16,205 nt of DNA from Endomicrobiales bacterium (GTDB lineage Bacteria > Elusimicrobiota > Endomicrobiia > Endomicrobiales > JALOBY01), in contig CAWCNJ010000001.1 of assembly GCA_963796955.1 (NCBI GenBank), positions 1 to 16,205 of the forward strand, given 5' to 3'. The translations under genes and the position numbers were made by a program. This document shows, one piece after another, positions 6,345-15,748 of this stretch. The notes beneath the pieces were generated by a model. That model searched no databases, was not told where the DNA came from, and saw only the letters and a list, made by a program, of their open reading frames with translations. Each line of letters begins with the position of its first letter. Within the stretch, counting starts at the first letter, position 1.

Positions 6345-7755
6345 AGCAGCGAAAGCCCTTGTTCTTTCGCTGACTATTTTTATCCTGTTTTCCATCGTAT
6401 CCGCAACGGCACATGCAGGTGATTTCCCTGATAACGAAACGCAGCGCGCACGCCTGATGCATTATGAACACGCGGGTACCCAGGACCTGGATACCAAACT
6501 TCCTGACAAAGATTTCCTGCTGCTGATCGCCAGTGATACCTGGGGATATTTTCGCGACATAGTTGACAGAGAGAACGCCCTCCCGCTGGATAACATCCTG
6601 GTTTTCAAAGACCACACCAACCCCAACAGTTATACTTCAGTGACCAACGTCGGCCTGTATCTCATGTGCGTTGTCTCTGCCTATGATCTTAAGTTCATAA
6701 CGCGCCAGCAAGCCCTTGACCGTATCACCAATACCATCAAAACGCTGGACCGCCTCACCACCTGGAACGGTTTGTTCTATAATTATTACGAAACCATCAC
6801 TCTAAAGAACAGCGGAAGTTTCATCTCATCCGTCGATAACGGCTGGCTTTTAGCGGGTCTGATCGTCGCGGGATCGGCGTTCAATGAAGTTGCGCCCGCT
6901 ACCGACAGGATCGTCAAGAGCGCTGATATGGGTAAACTCTACGATAAGTTCGAAGGACAGCTTTTTCTCGGCTACGACGTTGAAAAAGAAAAACTTTCGC
7001 CGTATCATTACGGGACCTTCTATTGTGAGCCGAGGCTTGCCTCCTATGTAACCATAGCGAAGGGCGATGCGCCGCCGCAGCACTGGTTTAAAATGTACCG
7101 CAGCATGCCGGAAAGCTGGACCTGGCAGAGCCAGCAGCCGGCCAAAGGCAAAGAGCATACGTACGAAAATGTAAAGGTGCAGGAAAATTATTACCAGCAC
7201 GATAAATTTAAATATCTGCCCAGCTGGGGCGGCAGCCTGTTCGAGGCATTGATGCCAACACTCGTGCTTAAAGAACAGGAGCTTGGTAAAAAAGGCCTGG
7301 CCATAAATAACAAAACCATGGTGGATGCGCATATCTGGTACGCGCTTAATGAAAAAAAATATAAGCTGTGGGGCATGTCCCCGTGCGCGATACCCGGCGT
7401 CATGACGGGGTATACGGAATACGGTGTGCCGTTCCTGGGCGTAAAAGGGTACGAAGACCTGCAGGTGGTAACCCCCCATGTAAGTTTCCTTGCTCTTTCA
7501 GTGAACCCTAAAGAAGCTCTGAAGAATATCCGCAATTTCGCGGCGGTGCCCGACATGTACGGCCTCTACGGTTTTTACGATGCCTATAATATGAAAAACG
7601 ATGTTATAGCCACTAAATATCTGTGCCTCGACCAGGCTATGACCTTGATCTCTATAAACAATTATCTTAATAAAGGTGCCATACGAAGCCGCTTCCATCA
7701 GGCCTCAATGATAAAGGCAAAAGAATATTTACTTGAAATTGAAGACATTTTTTGA
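6337..7755 (+). CDS. Secreted DUF3131/Glycoamylase-domain glycoside hydrolase of the beta-1,2-glucanase clan, resembling the middle domain of cyclic beta-1,2-glucan synthase
   Basis: Signal peptide (..TAHA). Motifs TWGYF, YTSVTNVGLYL, FYNYY, SSVDNGWL, EPRLASY, SWGGSLFEALMP, WGMSPC, VVTPH, YGFYDA and LDQAM. Confidence 0.85.
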   Translation: MRKAAKALVLSLTIFILFSIVSATAHAGDFPDNETQRARLMHYEHAGTQDLDTKLPDKDFLLLIASDTWGYFRDIVDRENALPLDNILVFKDHTNPNSYTSVTNVGLYLMCVVSAYDLKFITRQQALDRITNTIKTLDRLTTWNGLFYNYYETITLKNSGSFISSVDNGWLLAGLIVAGSAFNEVAPATDRIVKSADMGKLYDKFEGQLFLGYDVEKEKLSPYHYGTFYCEPRLASYVTIAKGDAPPQHWFKMYRSMPESWTWQSQQPAKGKEHTYENVKVQENYYQHDKFKYLPSWGGSLFEALMPTLVLKEQELGKKGLAINNKTMVDAHIWYALNEKKYKLWGMSPCAIPGVMTGYTEYGVPFLGVKGYEDLQVVTPHVSFLALSVNPKEALKNIRNFAAVPDMYGLYGFYDAYNMKNDVIATKYLCLDQAMTLISINNYLNKGAIRSRFHQASMIKAKEYLLEIEDIF

Positions 7756-7778
7756 TAAAAGGTACAGATGGGGCACTC

Positions 7779-9815
7779 ATGAAAAATGGTATTCTCCTTT
7801 CCTTAGCTCTTGTCGCGACCTTAGTTACTTGTGCGCCCGCTCAGGTGATAGACCCTTTAATAAGCACGGCTACCTGGATAGCGTACGGTGATACGAACGG
7901 CGACACAGCGTCCCGTGTCGCAGCGAATATTACGCGCGATGGGATCAATTTGACGTATATGCTCTCCGGCGGCAGCTGGGCTGTTATCAGCAACGATTGT
8001 ACTTCCCTGAATTTTCTTGACGGCGACAGCGTTCGTTTTCTGTACAAAGGCGACGGCACCGATAACGACCTCCATGTCCAGCTGGTAGATCGCGACGGAA
8101 CGGTAAGTGTCGCCGTGTTGCCGCATGCTCTCGCCCACACCGAATGGACCGAAGAAACCCTGAACCTGCCCTATATGACCGACGGTGATTTTCCCTACGC
8201 AGGCTATGTGGCTACCGGCACGGTGATAGGCTCAGGCCTTCCGTTCTCGCCTCAGAGCGCTGCAGGCCAGCAGTCCCTGGACCGCCAGCGCATTCTGGCA
8301 ATGGGATTCGTTGAAAGTTCCGTTACCTGGAACTCCGGTTCTTTTACAATAGACAACATCCGCCTTATGTCCCACGGTAAAAATCTTATCTATGTAGAAG
8401 ATTTTGACGGCGTGCCGGGGACAAATAAGATCGCCCCCAATATCATGGTCGGAACGACCCCGGTTTCAGTGAACGGCGCTTTTAATTCCACCGCGCCCGA
8501 TTTCGGATTGGGCTATTGCGCGGCCGCGCGTGTTACCCAGGCGGCTTCAGGTAATGCGGCGTTGAGGCTTGACTACGATGTTACGAACGCCAGCAGTTTT
8601 TCAGGGTTTTTCACGAACCTGGTCAACACCGATATCAGCCGCACTAAATTTCTTTCATTTAAGGTCCGTGGTTTTTCCGGCGGGGAAAAATTCAACATAA
8701 AGCTGCGGCCGAACCCGGTGACCGCCCATGTGAGCATCACGGACTACGTTACGGTCAGTCAACAATGGCAGCAGGTCCTTATCCCGCTCACCGATTTTGT
8801 GAACCTTATTACTACCGGCTCCCTGAGCGGCGGGACTACCACTTCGAATGCCGATCAGCTGATCTTTGAATTCAATCACGACCTGCTCGCACCGTTCTCC
8901 GGGACTATTTATCTGGACGACATAAAGTTCGTGAACGCGGCAATGGACGATGCGGCGCTCGTCTCGACGATCGACGGTATGGATGACCAGCCCAATGCGC
9001 TCGGTCCCTGGCAGCGTTTCGGTGATTATGCAAATTCGCTGGCGAGCGTCCCGGGTGCCTCCGGCAGGCTTGGCGATAATGCAGTACGCTTTGATTACAG
9101 TTACAATCCGGCCGGCGCTCAAAATAACAATGGCTGGGCCGCATTGCAACGATACCTTAAACCGAATTTTACGCAGATCAATTCCTTCAGCTTTAAGTAC
9201 GCGGGCACCGGCGGGCCGGATGACATTGAATTCAATGTAAAAGATCTAAACGGCGTGTCCTATTGCCGTAAGTTTTTCGGGGTCAGCAACACCGGCGGTC
9301 AATGGGTCAGCGCTACCGTGCCTATCAACGAACTCGCCCTGCTTGTTTCCAGCGGTACTACCAAAACGCTCGATCTCAGGAATATCGCGAAAGTGGAACT
9401 GGGTATCAGTCGCGGCGGCGCTTCTTCCGGCAGGGGTTCTGTCGCGTTCAAAGATCTGGAGAATTCGGACAACTCGTTACAGTCGGCGTCCGGCAATGCC
9501 GTGCTCGACAGTCTCCAGGTACCGGATAATCCGTTCTCGCCGAACGGCGATGGTTTGAAAGATAAGGCGCGATTCATTTATAAACTGAAACAGAGCGCGA
9601 CGGTGAAACTGGAGATATACGCGCTCAAAGGCGAGAGGGTACGCCGTATAGAGGCGGGTAACATCGGCGATCTTGACGTTCATGTTATAGAGTGGGACGG
9701 TACGGACGACAGCGGCACCCGGGTTAATAACGGTTTGTATCTTTACCGCTTTTTTGTCGATAATAACTTCGGGCAGACGGATAAGGTGATAAACCTTATA
9801 GGGGTGATACGCTAA
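7779..9815 (+). CDS. Secreted protein with three CBM11/CIA30-like beta-sandwich modules and a C-terminal FlgD-Ig / T9SS type-B-like sorting domain
   Basis: Repeated pattern L..Y....F..(K/R)G.G....W....(I/L)P....G.(I/F)..D.I.(F/L) three times. The C-terminus has NPFSPNGDG.KD...F.Y.L....V.LEIY...GE.VR.....WDG.D.SG..V.NGLYLY. Confidence 0.8.
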   Translation: MKNGILLSLALVATLVTCAPAQVIDPLISTATWIAYGDTNGDTASRVAANITRDGINLTYMLSGGSWAVISNDCTSLNFLDGDSVRFLYKGDGTDNDLHVQLVDRDGTVSVAVLPHALAHTEWTEETLNLPYMTDGDFPYAGYVATGTVIGSGLPFSPQSAAGQQSLDRQRILAMGFVESSVTWNSGSFTIDNIRLMSHGKNLIYVEDFDGVPGTNKIAPNIMVGTTPVSVNGAFNSTAPDFGLGYCAAARVTQAASGNAALRLDYDVTNASSFSGFFTNLVNTDISRTKFLSFKVRGFSGGEKFNIKLRPNPVTAHVSITDYVTVSQQWQQVLIPLTDFVNLITTGSLSGGTTTSNADQLIFEFNHDLLAPFSGTIYLDDIKFVNAAMDDAALVSTIDGMDDQPNALGPWQRFGDYANSLASVPGASGRLGDNAVRFDYSYNPAGAQNNNGWAALQRYLKPNFTQINSFSFKYAGTGGPDDIEFNVKDLNGVSYCRKFFGVSNTGGQWVSATVPINELALLVSSGTTKTLDLRNIAKVELGISRGGASSGRGSVAFKDLENSDNSLQSASGNAVLDSLQVPDNPFSPNGDGLKDKARFIYKLKQSATVKLEIYALKGERVRRIEAGNIGDLDVHVIEWDGTDDSGTRVNNGLYLYRFFVDNNFGQTDKVINLIGVIR

Positions 9816-10693
9816 TGCGACCTTTGGGTATGCGAAGCCTGTTGGTTATAGCGGGGGTGCTGGGCGGCTGTTTCACCGCGGTTTTTGCTTCGGCGCTCGG
9901 CGGCGCTTTCGATGATATTCCCGTCGGCGCCCGCGCCCGCGGCATGGGTGGCGCCTACACCGCCGTCTGCGACGACGCCAGCGGCATATACTGGAACCCT
10001 TCGGCGCTCGGGCGTATGCACAAAAGCGAATTGACGCTGTTCAACCAGGACCTGTACTCCCTGGGTCTGGTCAACTATTCGTTCGTAGGCTTTGCCTATC
10101 CCCATTTAGGCAACGGGACCATGGGGTTCGGCTGGATACGGCTCGGCACGACCCAGGGCGCCAGTATCCAAAATTACGCCGAAAATACGTACATAATCTC
10201 TTACGGGCAAAACATGAGCCGTAACACATACATCGGGTTAAGCATAAAATATTTTTCGGTGGATTATGATGTCAAGGCCGCCGGCTACGGCGCGGACGCG
10301 GCGATAACCTGCGACGTGATACCGAAACGACTGTCTTTCGCGTTTGCTCTGCAAAATATCAACCGGCCGGAGATCCGCTGGAATAGCGGTGCGTCCGATA
10401 ATCTGGAAAGCGTCGCGCATCTCGGCGCGGCCCTTAAAGTCGGCAGTGACCATACGCTTTCGGCTGACGCCAGTCAGAAGTACGGTCAGGATATGGAGTA
10501 TTCCCTCGGCTGGGAGTCGTTGTTGTTCAGCCGGCTGTTGGCGGTACGTTTCGGCGGCAACGAACTTAACGGCGTGCTGGATCCGTCGTTCGGCATCGGG
10601 GTGCGCTACCAGCAGGTAAAACTCGATTGCACCTTTGAAGAGAACAATGATCTGGGCCAGAGCATATTACTCGGTTTATCTTATACATATTGA
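9815..10693 (+). CDS. PorV/PorQ-like (FadL-related) outer-membrane beta-barrel
   Basis: VGARARGMGGAYTAVCDDASGIYWNPSAL signature, alternating beta strands and C-terminal LSYTY. Start overlaps the upstream stop (TAATG). Confidence 0.85.
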   Translation: MRPLGMRSLLVIAGVLGGCFTAVFASALGGAFDDIPVGARARGMGGAYTAVCDDASGIYWNPSALGRMHKSELTLFNQDLYSLGLVNYSFVGFAYPHLGNGTMGFGWIRLGTTQGASIQNYAENTYIISYGQNMSRNTYIGLSIKYFSVDYDVKAAGYGADAAITCDVIPKRLSFAFALQNINRPEIRWNSGASDNLESVAHLGAALKVGSDHTLSADASQKYGQDMEYSLGWESLLFSRLLAVRFGGNELNGVLDPSFGIGVRYQQVKLDCTFEENNDLGQSILLGLSYTY

Positions 10694-10790
10694 TCCGGAC
10701 GCGTAATTGAAGAAAAGGAGGTAACGGGAAGTACCCTTCGACGAGCTTCGATATTTTTGCAGTAATAATCCCAGAAAAAGGAGTCGTGAC

Positions 10791-11444
10791 ATGCGTAAAG
10801 TATCCATGTTGGTCCTGTGTCTTGCAGTTGGCTGTTCGTTGGTAAGCGTTGCAGACGCCGCACGCCGTAAAGCCGCAAAAGGCGATGACGCCGCCGCTCC
10901 TGCTGCTGCAGCCGCATCAGCTCCGGCCGCAAAGTCCCCGGATGTGCTTGGGGTCGCTGATTTCGACAGCGGTGCAAAGCCGAACGATATCGGCGGAGAT
11001 TTTGGCGCGTGGGATAAAGACCCTAATGATGATACCCAGGGTTGCCGCGAAGCTTTCTATTCACCGGGAGCGGACGGCAAGGGTAAATGCATTAAGCTTA
11101 CCTACGATGTTGATTCCCCGAACCCGGCGTATAACGGTTTCTGGATGAAGCTGGTGGACCGCGATCTGCGCCCCTACAACAAGCTGGTGTTCTATGTTAA
11201 GGGTGACAAAGAAGCCGGTTTTACCACCAAGATGAAAGTTGAGCTGAAGAACGGTTCAGAAGTAAGCCCGTACTACATCGACAACATTACGGACACCTGG
11301 CAGAAGATAGAACTGCCCCTGAAGTCCTTCAAACGCATCACCGACTGGAGCAAGATGAAAGAACTGGTGCTGGTGTTCGAAGATTCGCAGGCGACGGTAA
11401 AGAGCGGCGTGATCTACTTCGATAACGTCTCGTTCGAAAAATAA
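10791..11444 (+). CDS. Secreted single-module CBM11/CIA30-like carbohydrate-binding protein
   Basis: Signal peptide, Ala-rich linker, then VADFD...GG.FGAW...YDVDSPNPAYNGFWMKL...FYVKGD...WQKIELPL..F..ITDW...GVIYFDNVSF. Strong AAGGAG RBS. Confidence 0.85.
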   Translation: MRKVSMLVLCLAVGCSLVSVADAARRKAAKGDDAAAPAAAAASAPAAKSPDVLGVADFDSGAKPNDIGGDFGAWDKDPNDDTQGCREAFYSPGADGKGKCIKLTYDVDSPNPAYNGFWMKLVDRDLRPYNKLVFYVKGDKEAGFTTKMKVELKNGSEVSPYYIDNITDTWQKIELPLKSFKRITDWSKMKELVLVFEDSQATVKSGVIYFDNVSFEK

Positions 11445-11458
11445 GCCTATAGTACTAT

Positions 11459-11495
11459 AGCCATGGGCCGGAGGGTAACCCTTCGGCTCATGGCT
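11459..11495 (+). promoter_or_regulatory. Intercistronic 17-bp stem-loop (mRNA stabiliser or partial terminator)
   Basis: AGCCATGGGCCGGAGGG-TAA-CCCTTCGGCTCATGGCT. Both non-Watson-Crick pairs are G-U on the + strand. No U tract follows. Confidence 0.8.
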
Positions 11496-11504
11496 CAGCT
11501 TATT

Positions 11505-12557
11505 ATGAATAAAGGATCATTTATCTGCGCCATGATGGTAATAATGTCCCTGGCCTGTTCGGCAGAGGCGAAGCTTTTGTTGATAGATGATTTTAATTCC
11601 GGCGGCAACAAGAACAAGCTCGGTGGTATGCAGGGAGATTGGCAGGCGGACCCCAACGATGAGACGCAGGGCAATGAATGTATCTACACCTCCAGTGATA
11701 ATTTCATGGGCAGCGCTGGAAAAAGCCTGCGCATTACCTATGACGTGGATTCAAAGAACCCCGCCTACAACGGTTACTGGATGAAGCTCAACGGGGTGGA
11801 TGCACGGCCCTATAATCAGGTGATCTTCTTTGCCCGCGGGGATGAGAGTTACGGTTTCCCGACCCGCTTCAACGTAGAGATCAAGAACGACTCCCAGGTC
11901 GGCAAATATACGGTACGCGGGATAGACCCGAAGTGGCGGAAGTTCGTTATACCTTTTGATTCCTTTGAAGGTATTACCGACTGGTCGTCACTGAGCGAGT
12001 TCGTGCTTGTTTTCGCCGATACCAGCATAGACCAGAAGGTCGGGCGCATTTATTTTGATGACCTTTATTTCAGCGACGGAGAGGCGCCCGAGGCCCCAAA
12101 GCCTGCACCCGCGCCGCCTCCCCAACCGGTCGTTACCGGCGCGCCGCTTAACATGGATTCCATTTTGCTGGCAGCGCAAAAGGAAAAACTTGAAGTGAAG
12201 ATGGAAGATAACGCGGTCGTTATAACGGTACATATCAATTTTGCCTCTAATAGATCCACTCTGGACGGTGCTGAAAAAGACAAGCTTGCCTCTGTTGTCG
12301 ATATTTTAAACAAGTATCCTGATCTGAAAGTGCGCGTGGAAGGCTATACAGATAACGTCGGTGATGAGAAGATCAATCAGAAACTTTCACTTTTGCGCGC
12401 CCGGACCGTCGGGAAGACCCTGACGGTCGCGGGGGTTAATAAAACGCGGATAATTGCCATTGGGAAAGGGAAAACGGATCCCATAGCACCTAATTCAACG
12501 GCTGAGGGAAGGGCGAAGAACCGCCGTGTGGTCTTTGTTATCGAGAAGCAGAAATGA
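11505..12557 (+). CDS. CBM11-like module plus Pro-rich linker plus OmpA-like peptidoglycan-binding domain
   Basis: Signal peptide (..SAEA), module paralogous to 10791..11444, and PEAPKPAPAPPPQP linker. OmpA motifs INF, VEGYTDNVG...NQKLS..RA, GKG...P and NST.EGRAKNRRV. Start uncertain; ATG 11463 and 11490 lie within the hairpin. Confidence 0.88.
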   Translation: MNKGSFICAMMVIMSLACSAEAKLLLIDDFNSGGNKNKLGGMQGDWQADPNDETQGNECIYTSSDNFMGSAGKSLRITYDVDSKNPAYNGYWMKLNGVDARPYNQVIFFARGDESYGFPTRFNVEIKNDSQVGKYTVRGIDPKWRKFVIPFDSFEGITDWSSLSEFVLVFADTSIDQKVGRIYFDDLYFSDGEAPEAPKPAPAPPPQPVVTGAPLNMDSILLAAQKEKLEVKMEDNAVVITVHINFASNRSTLDGAEKDKLASVVDILNKYPDLKVRVEGYTDNVGDEKINQKLSLLRARTVGKTLTVAGVNKTRIIAIGKGKTDPIAPNSTAEGRAKNRRVVFVIEKQK

Positions 12558-13798
12558 AGCGGATAATTAAACGGGTGCTTGGTTTGCTGCCGCTGTTGGT
12601 GCTGATCACGACAGGCGTACCCTCACAGGCCGCGCTGTCGCTGCTGATCGATGATTTCAACAACGCCAAAGCGATAAACAAGATCGGCGGCAACACCGGC
12701 TGCTGGTCGTGTAACCCGCAGGACATAAACCAATATTGTGATGCCACTTTCGTTACGGACCCGCGGGTCGGCGGCGAAGGGTATGCCTTACGGCTTGATT
12801 ATAACCAGACGACGCCGAACGATTATATCGCCGGGTTCCCGAAACTGGCTTATAACGGGTATTTCAGCCAGCTCAAGCTGAAAAAATTCACCAAGATGAA
12901 ATTTCTGGTCATCAGTATCAAAGGGGATGAAGCGCTGGGTTACACGCACAACCTTACCCTGCAGTTGAAGAATAGCAACCAGGTAGGCAATTATAAGCTG
13001 GAAGGGATCAGCGAAAAATGGCAGCGCTTTGTGATACCGTTGAAAAGGTTTGACGGTATAACCGATTGGTATTACATGAAAGAACTGGTGATAGTATTTG
13101 ATGAAAAAGCCACCAGGCATACCGGCACGATCTACATTGACGATATATCTTTTACCGACAGTCCGTTCCCCCGGAGCGCGGTGGCGCTTTACACGAAGCC
13201 GACGAAAAAAGGGCCAGGTATACTTATAGATGGTGATAACGCGGACTGGCACGGATCGAAGATCGAGTTTTCGGCGTCAGATGATCTTCAGTCGGGTGCC
13301 GTAAAAGACCCTCAGGCGGCATTCGCCCGGTGCACGTTCCAGTGGGATGAAGACTATCTGTACCTGTTCGCCAATGTCAACGACCGGGAGCTGGTATGCA
13401 CGAAATCCGGCTCGGACATAGGCTTCGACGATTGTCTGGAACTGTTCATATCTTCGCGCGGTACGACGGGCGCCCGCAAAGAGGAAGAATTCCTTCATTT
13501 TGGGTTCTCTCCCGCAGGGCCTGAAGTATGGGAATGGAAAAGCAATACAGAGCCGGATGAAGACGCGGTTCATTTGGCCGCAAAGACCGGCGCCTGTCAG
13601 GGCTTAAAAGGCTACCAGATAGAAGCCGCGATACGCTGGAAATATCTGGGCATAACGCCTGTTGAGGGTACAAAGATAAGCCTGAGCCCTGCGGTGCATG
13701 ATTTCGACCTGAAAAACGATTCGAATGGTAAATATACCTGGTTCTATATGCACGAAGGCGACAAAGTGCAGCTTGGCGAATTGATACTGAAAAAATAA
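12554..13798 (+). CDS. Secreted CBM11-like module plus CBM9/DOMON-like sugar-binding domain
   Basis: Third paralogous module (LLIDDFN..NKIGG..AYNGYF..KGD..WQRFVIPL..F.GITDW..GTIYIDDISF), followed by IDGD..DW, WDEDYLY....VND, DCLELF and GYQIEAAI.W..LG. ATGA overlap with the upstream gene. Confidence 0.85.
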   Translation: MKRIIKRVLGLLPLLVLITTGVPSQAALSLLIDDFNNAKAINKIGGNTGCWSCNPQDINQYCDATFVTDPRVGGEGYALRLDYNQTTPNDYIAGFPKLAYNGYFSQLKLKKFTKMKFLVISIKGDEALGYTHNLTLQLKNSNQVGNYKLEGISEKWQRFVIPLKRFDGITDWYYMKELVIVFDEKATRHTGTIYIDDISFTDSPFPRSAVALYTKPTKKGPGILIDGDNADWHGSKIEFSASDDLQSGAVKDPQAAFARCTFQWDEDYLYLFANVNDRELVCTKSGSDIGFDDCLELFISSRGTTGARKEEEFLHFGFSPAGPEVWEWKSNTEPDEDAVHLAAKTGACQGLKGYQIEAAIRWKYLGITPVEGTKISLSPAVHDFDLKNDSNGKYTWFYMHEGDKVQLGELILKK

Positions 13799-13808
13799 CG
13801 GAGGGCGC

Positions 13809-14468
13809 ATGGCACCGGATGAGAAGGCCTTTAAACGCACCAACTACCTGGTAGACAAAAGTATGCAGCTGCGTTACATAGCATACAATGCGGGTTCCAC
13901 GCTTGTGTTCTCTCTGGTGATCGCGCTCGGCATCTATTTCGGTATCTGGTATTCGGTCACCAAAGAGTTTTCAACGATACGGTTCAGCGAAGACATGCAG
14001 ACCATCAACCGGCTGCAGCAGTATGAGAGCGTGCGCACGCGTCAGGCGATCATGAACATGCCCTTTGTCGGCGAGCAGGTGAAAGCCCTGAGTGACCATC
14101 AGCAGCAGGTGCTTAGTGATATCCTGGCAAGGACCAACCGCAGGCTTATTCCCGTGATAGTCGCCTTGTTCGTTTTTGTGTTGTTGTCCACCCTGTTGTT
14201 AACGCACAGGATAGCCGGGCCCATGTACCGTATGCGCAAGAACCTGGAAATGATCTCCGGCGGCAACCTGAAAGTTAATTTCATTCTCCGTGAAAAGGAT
14301 CAGGGCAAGGAACTGGCCGCGGGGTTAAGCCGTATGGTAGGCGATTTTTCTGCGACACTTAAAAAGGTCTCTGGTGCCACAGCCTTGATAAAAACCGCCA
14401 AAACCGAAGAGGAAAGGAACCGTCTGACAGCGGAAATAGAAGCGGCTCTTTCGCGTTACACCATCTAA
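13809..14468 (+). CDS. Two-TM inner-membrane protein with HAMP domain and no output domain
   Basis: R..YLVDK.MQLRY, TM1, ~60 aa helical loop, TM2, then THRIAGPMYRM...L..I..GNL......R.KD...ELA and a short coiled tail. GGAGG RBS. Confidence 0.82.
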   Translation: MAPDEKAFKRTNYLVDKSMQLRYIAYNAGSTLVFSLVIALGIYFGIWYSVTKEFSTIRFSEDMQTINRLQQYESVRTRQAIMNMPFVGEQVKALSDHQQQVLSDILARTNRRLIPVIVALFVFVLLSTLLLTHRIAGPMYRMRKNLEMISGGNLKVNFILREKDQGKELAAGLSRMVGDFSATLKKVSGATALIKTAKTEEERNRLTAEIEAALSRYTI

Positions 14469-14470
14469 CT

Positions 14471-15721
14471 ATGCCCAAACGTATACTTGCCGCACTCATG
14501 ATGCTCGCGATCTTTCTTACCTCCGCCCCCGCGGCGTCTTCTCCCGACAACGAATTTCTGGAGATGATCTCCCGGGATTCCTTTAATTTTTTCATCGATA
14601 ATACCAGCCCATCCAACGGCCTGGTGCGCGACAGCTCGGCCCCGAACTCACCCTGCAGTATCGCTTCCGTCGGTTTCGCGCTCGCGGCCTTTTGCATCGG
14701 TGCTGAAAATAAATGGATCACCCGCAACGAAGCGTATAACCGCTGCCTGCTGACCCTGCAGACCTTCCGCGACCGGGTGCCGGAAGAGCACGGATTTTAT
14801 TATCATTTCCTCAGCATGAACAACGGCAAGCGTATCTGGAGCTGCGAACTTTCCAGCGTGGATACGACCCTGTTCCTGTGCGGCGCATTGTTCGCCGCCG
14901 AATATTTCAAAGGCACGGACGTGGACGATATCGCCAACGAACTGTATGCCCGCGTGGACTGGCCCTGGATGATGAACGGCCAGCGCGTCCTGTGCATGGG
15001 CTGGAAACCTGAATCGGGATTTTTGCCGTATTACTGGGACACATATTGCGAATCGATGATCATCTACGCGCTGGCGATCGGCGCGCCGACCCACCCTATA
15101 GAAAGCGCCGCCTGGAATTCCTTTACGCGCCCGAAAGGTAATTACGGCGGCTACAACTTTATTTACTGCGGCACCGGCAGTTACTGTTGCGTTCATCAAT
15201 ACAGTCATGCCTGGATAGATTTCCGTAACATCAAAGACGGCTATGCGAATTACTGGGACAATTCGGTAAAGGCGACGATGGCCAACCGGCAGTATTGCCA
15301 TCGATAATGCCCAGTCCCATAAAGGGTATAGCGAGAACTGCTGGGGTCTTTCGGCCTGCATCGGTCCCGACGGCTACAAAGGATACGGCGGTGGTGTGCC
15401 GGGTATACCTTTGAACGACGGTACTATCGCTCCTTCCGCGATGCCGGTTCCGTACCGTTCGCTCCCAAAGAATGCATAAAAGCCCTTCATTATATTTACG
15501 ACACGTACGGTACCCGCCTGTACAGTTCCGACGGTTTCTATAACGGGTTCAATATCGATCACGACTGGTTCGCCACCGAGTCTCTTGGCATAGACCAGGG
15601 TATAAGCCTGCTGATGATAGAGAATTACCGTTCACAGGCTGTGTGGAAATATTTCATGCGTGTGCCTGCAATAAAAAGATGGTTGTCGCAGTGTATGAAA
15701 AGCGACAACAGGGAAAAATAA
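14471..15721 (+). CDS. GH144-like endo-beta-1,2-glucanase (Glycoamylase family), ~416 aa, with apparent sequencing frameshifts at ~15299 (+1) and ~15443 (-1)
   Basis: Motifs SIASVGFAL, GFYYHF, ELSSVDT, VDW.WM, MGWKPESGF, HQYSHAWIDFR and NYWDNS. It continues in a shifted frame (WGLSAC.GPDGY, DGTIAPSA) and returns to the original frame (SVPFAP, LGIDQG..LLMIENYR..VWKYFM) to TAA at 15719-15721. Confidence 0.9.
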
Positions 15722-15748
15722 TAACAGACAAACCCACTTGGAGGGGTC

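Noticed and set aside
10712..10725. Perfect Shine-Dalgarno AAGGAGGT in the intergenic gap
   Set aside because: No start codon at a suitable distance and no supportable small ORF.
10885..10932. GCC/GCT-rich quasi-repeat
   Set aside because: It simply encodes an Ala/Pro linker.
1683..15361. Long antisense ORFs such as 1683..2417, 3061..3792, 5487..6155, 6850..7479 and 14648..15361
   Set aside because: They are shadows of well-supported + strand genes and have no motifs of their own.
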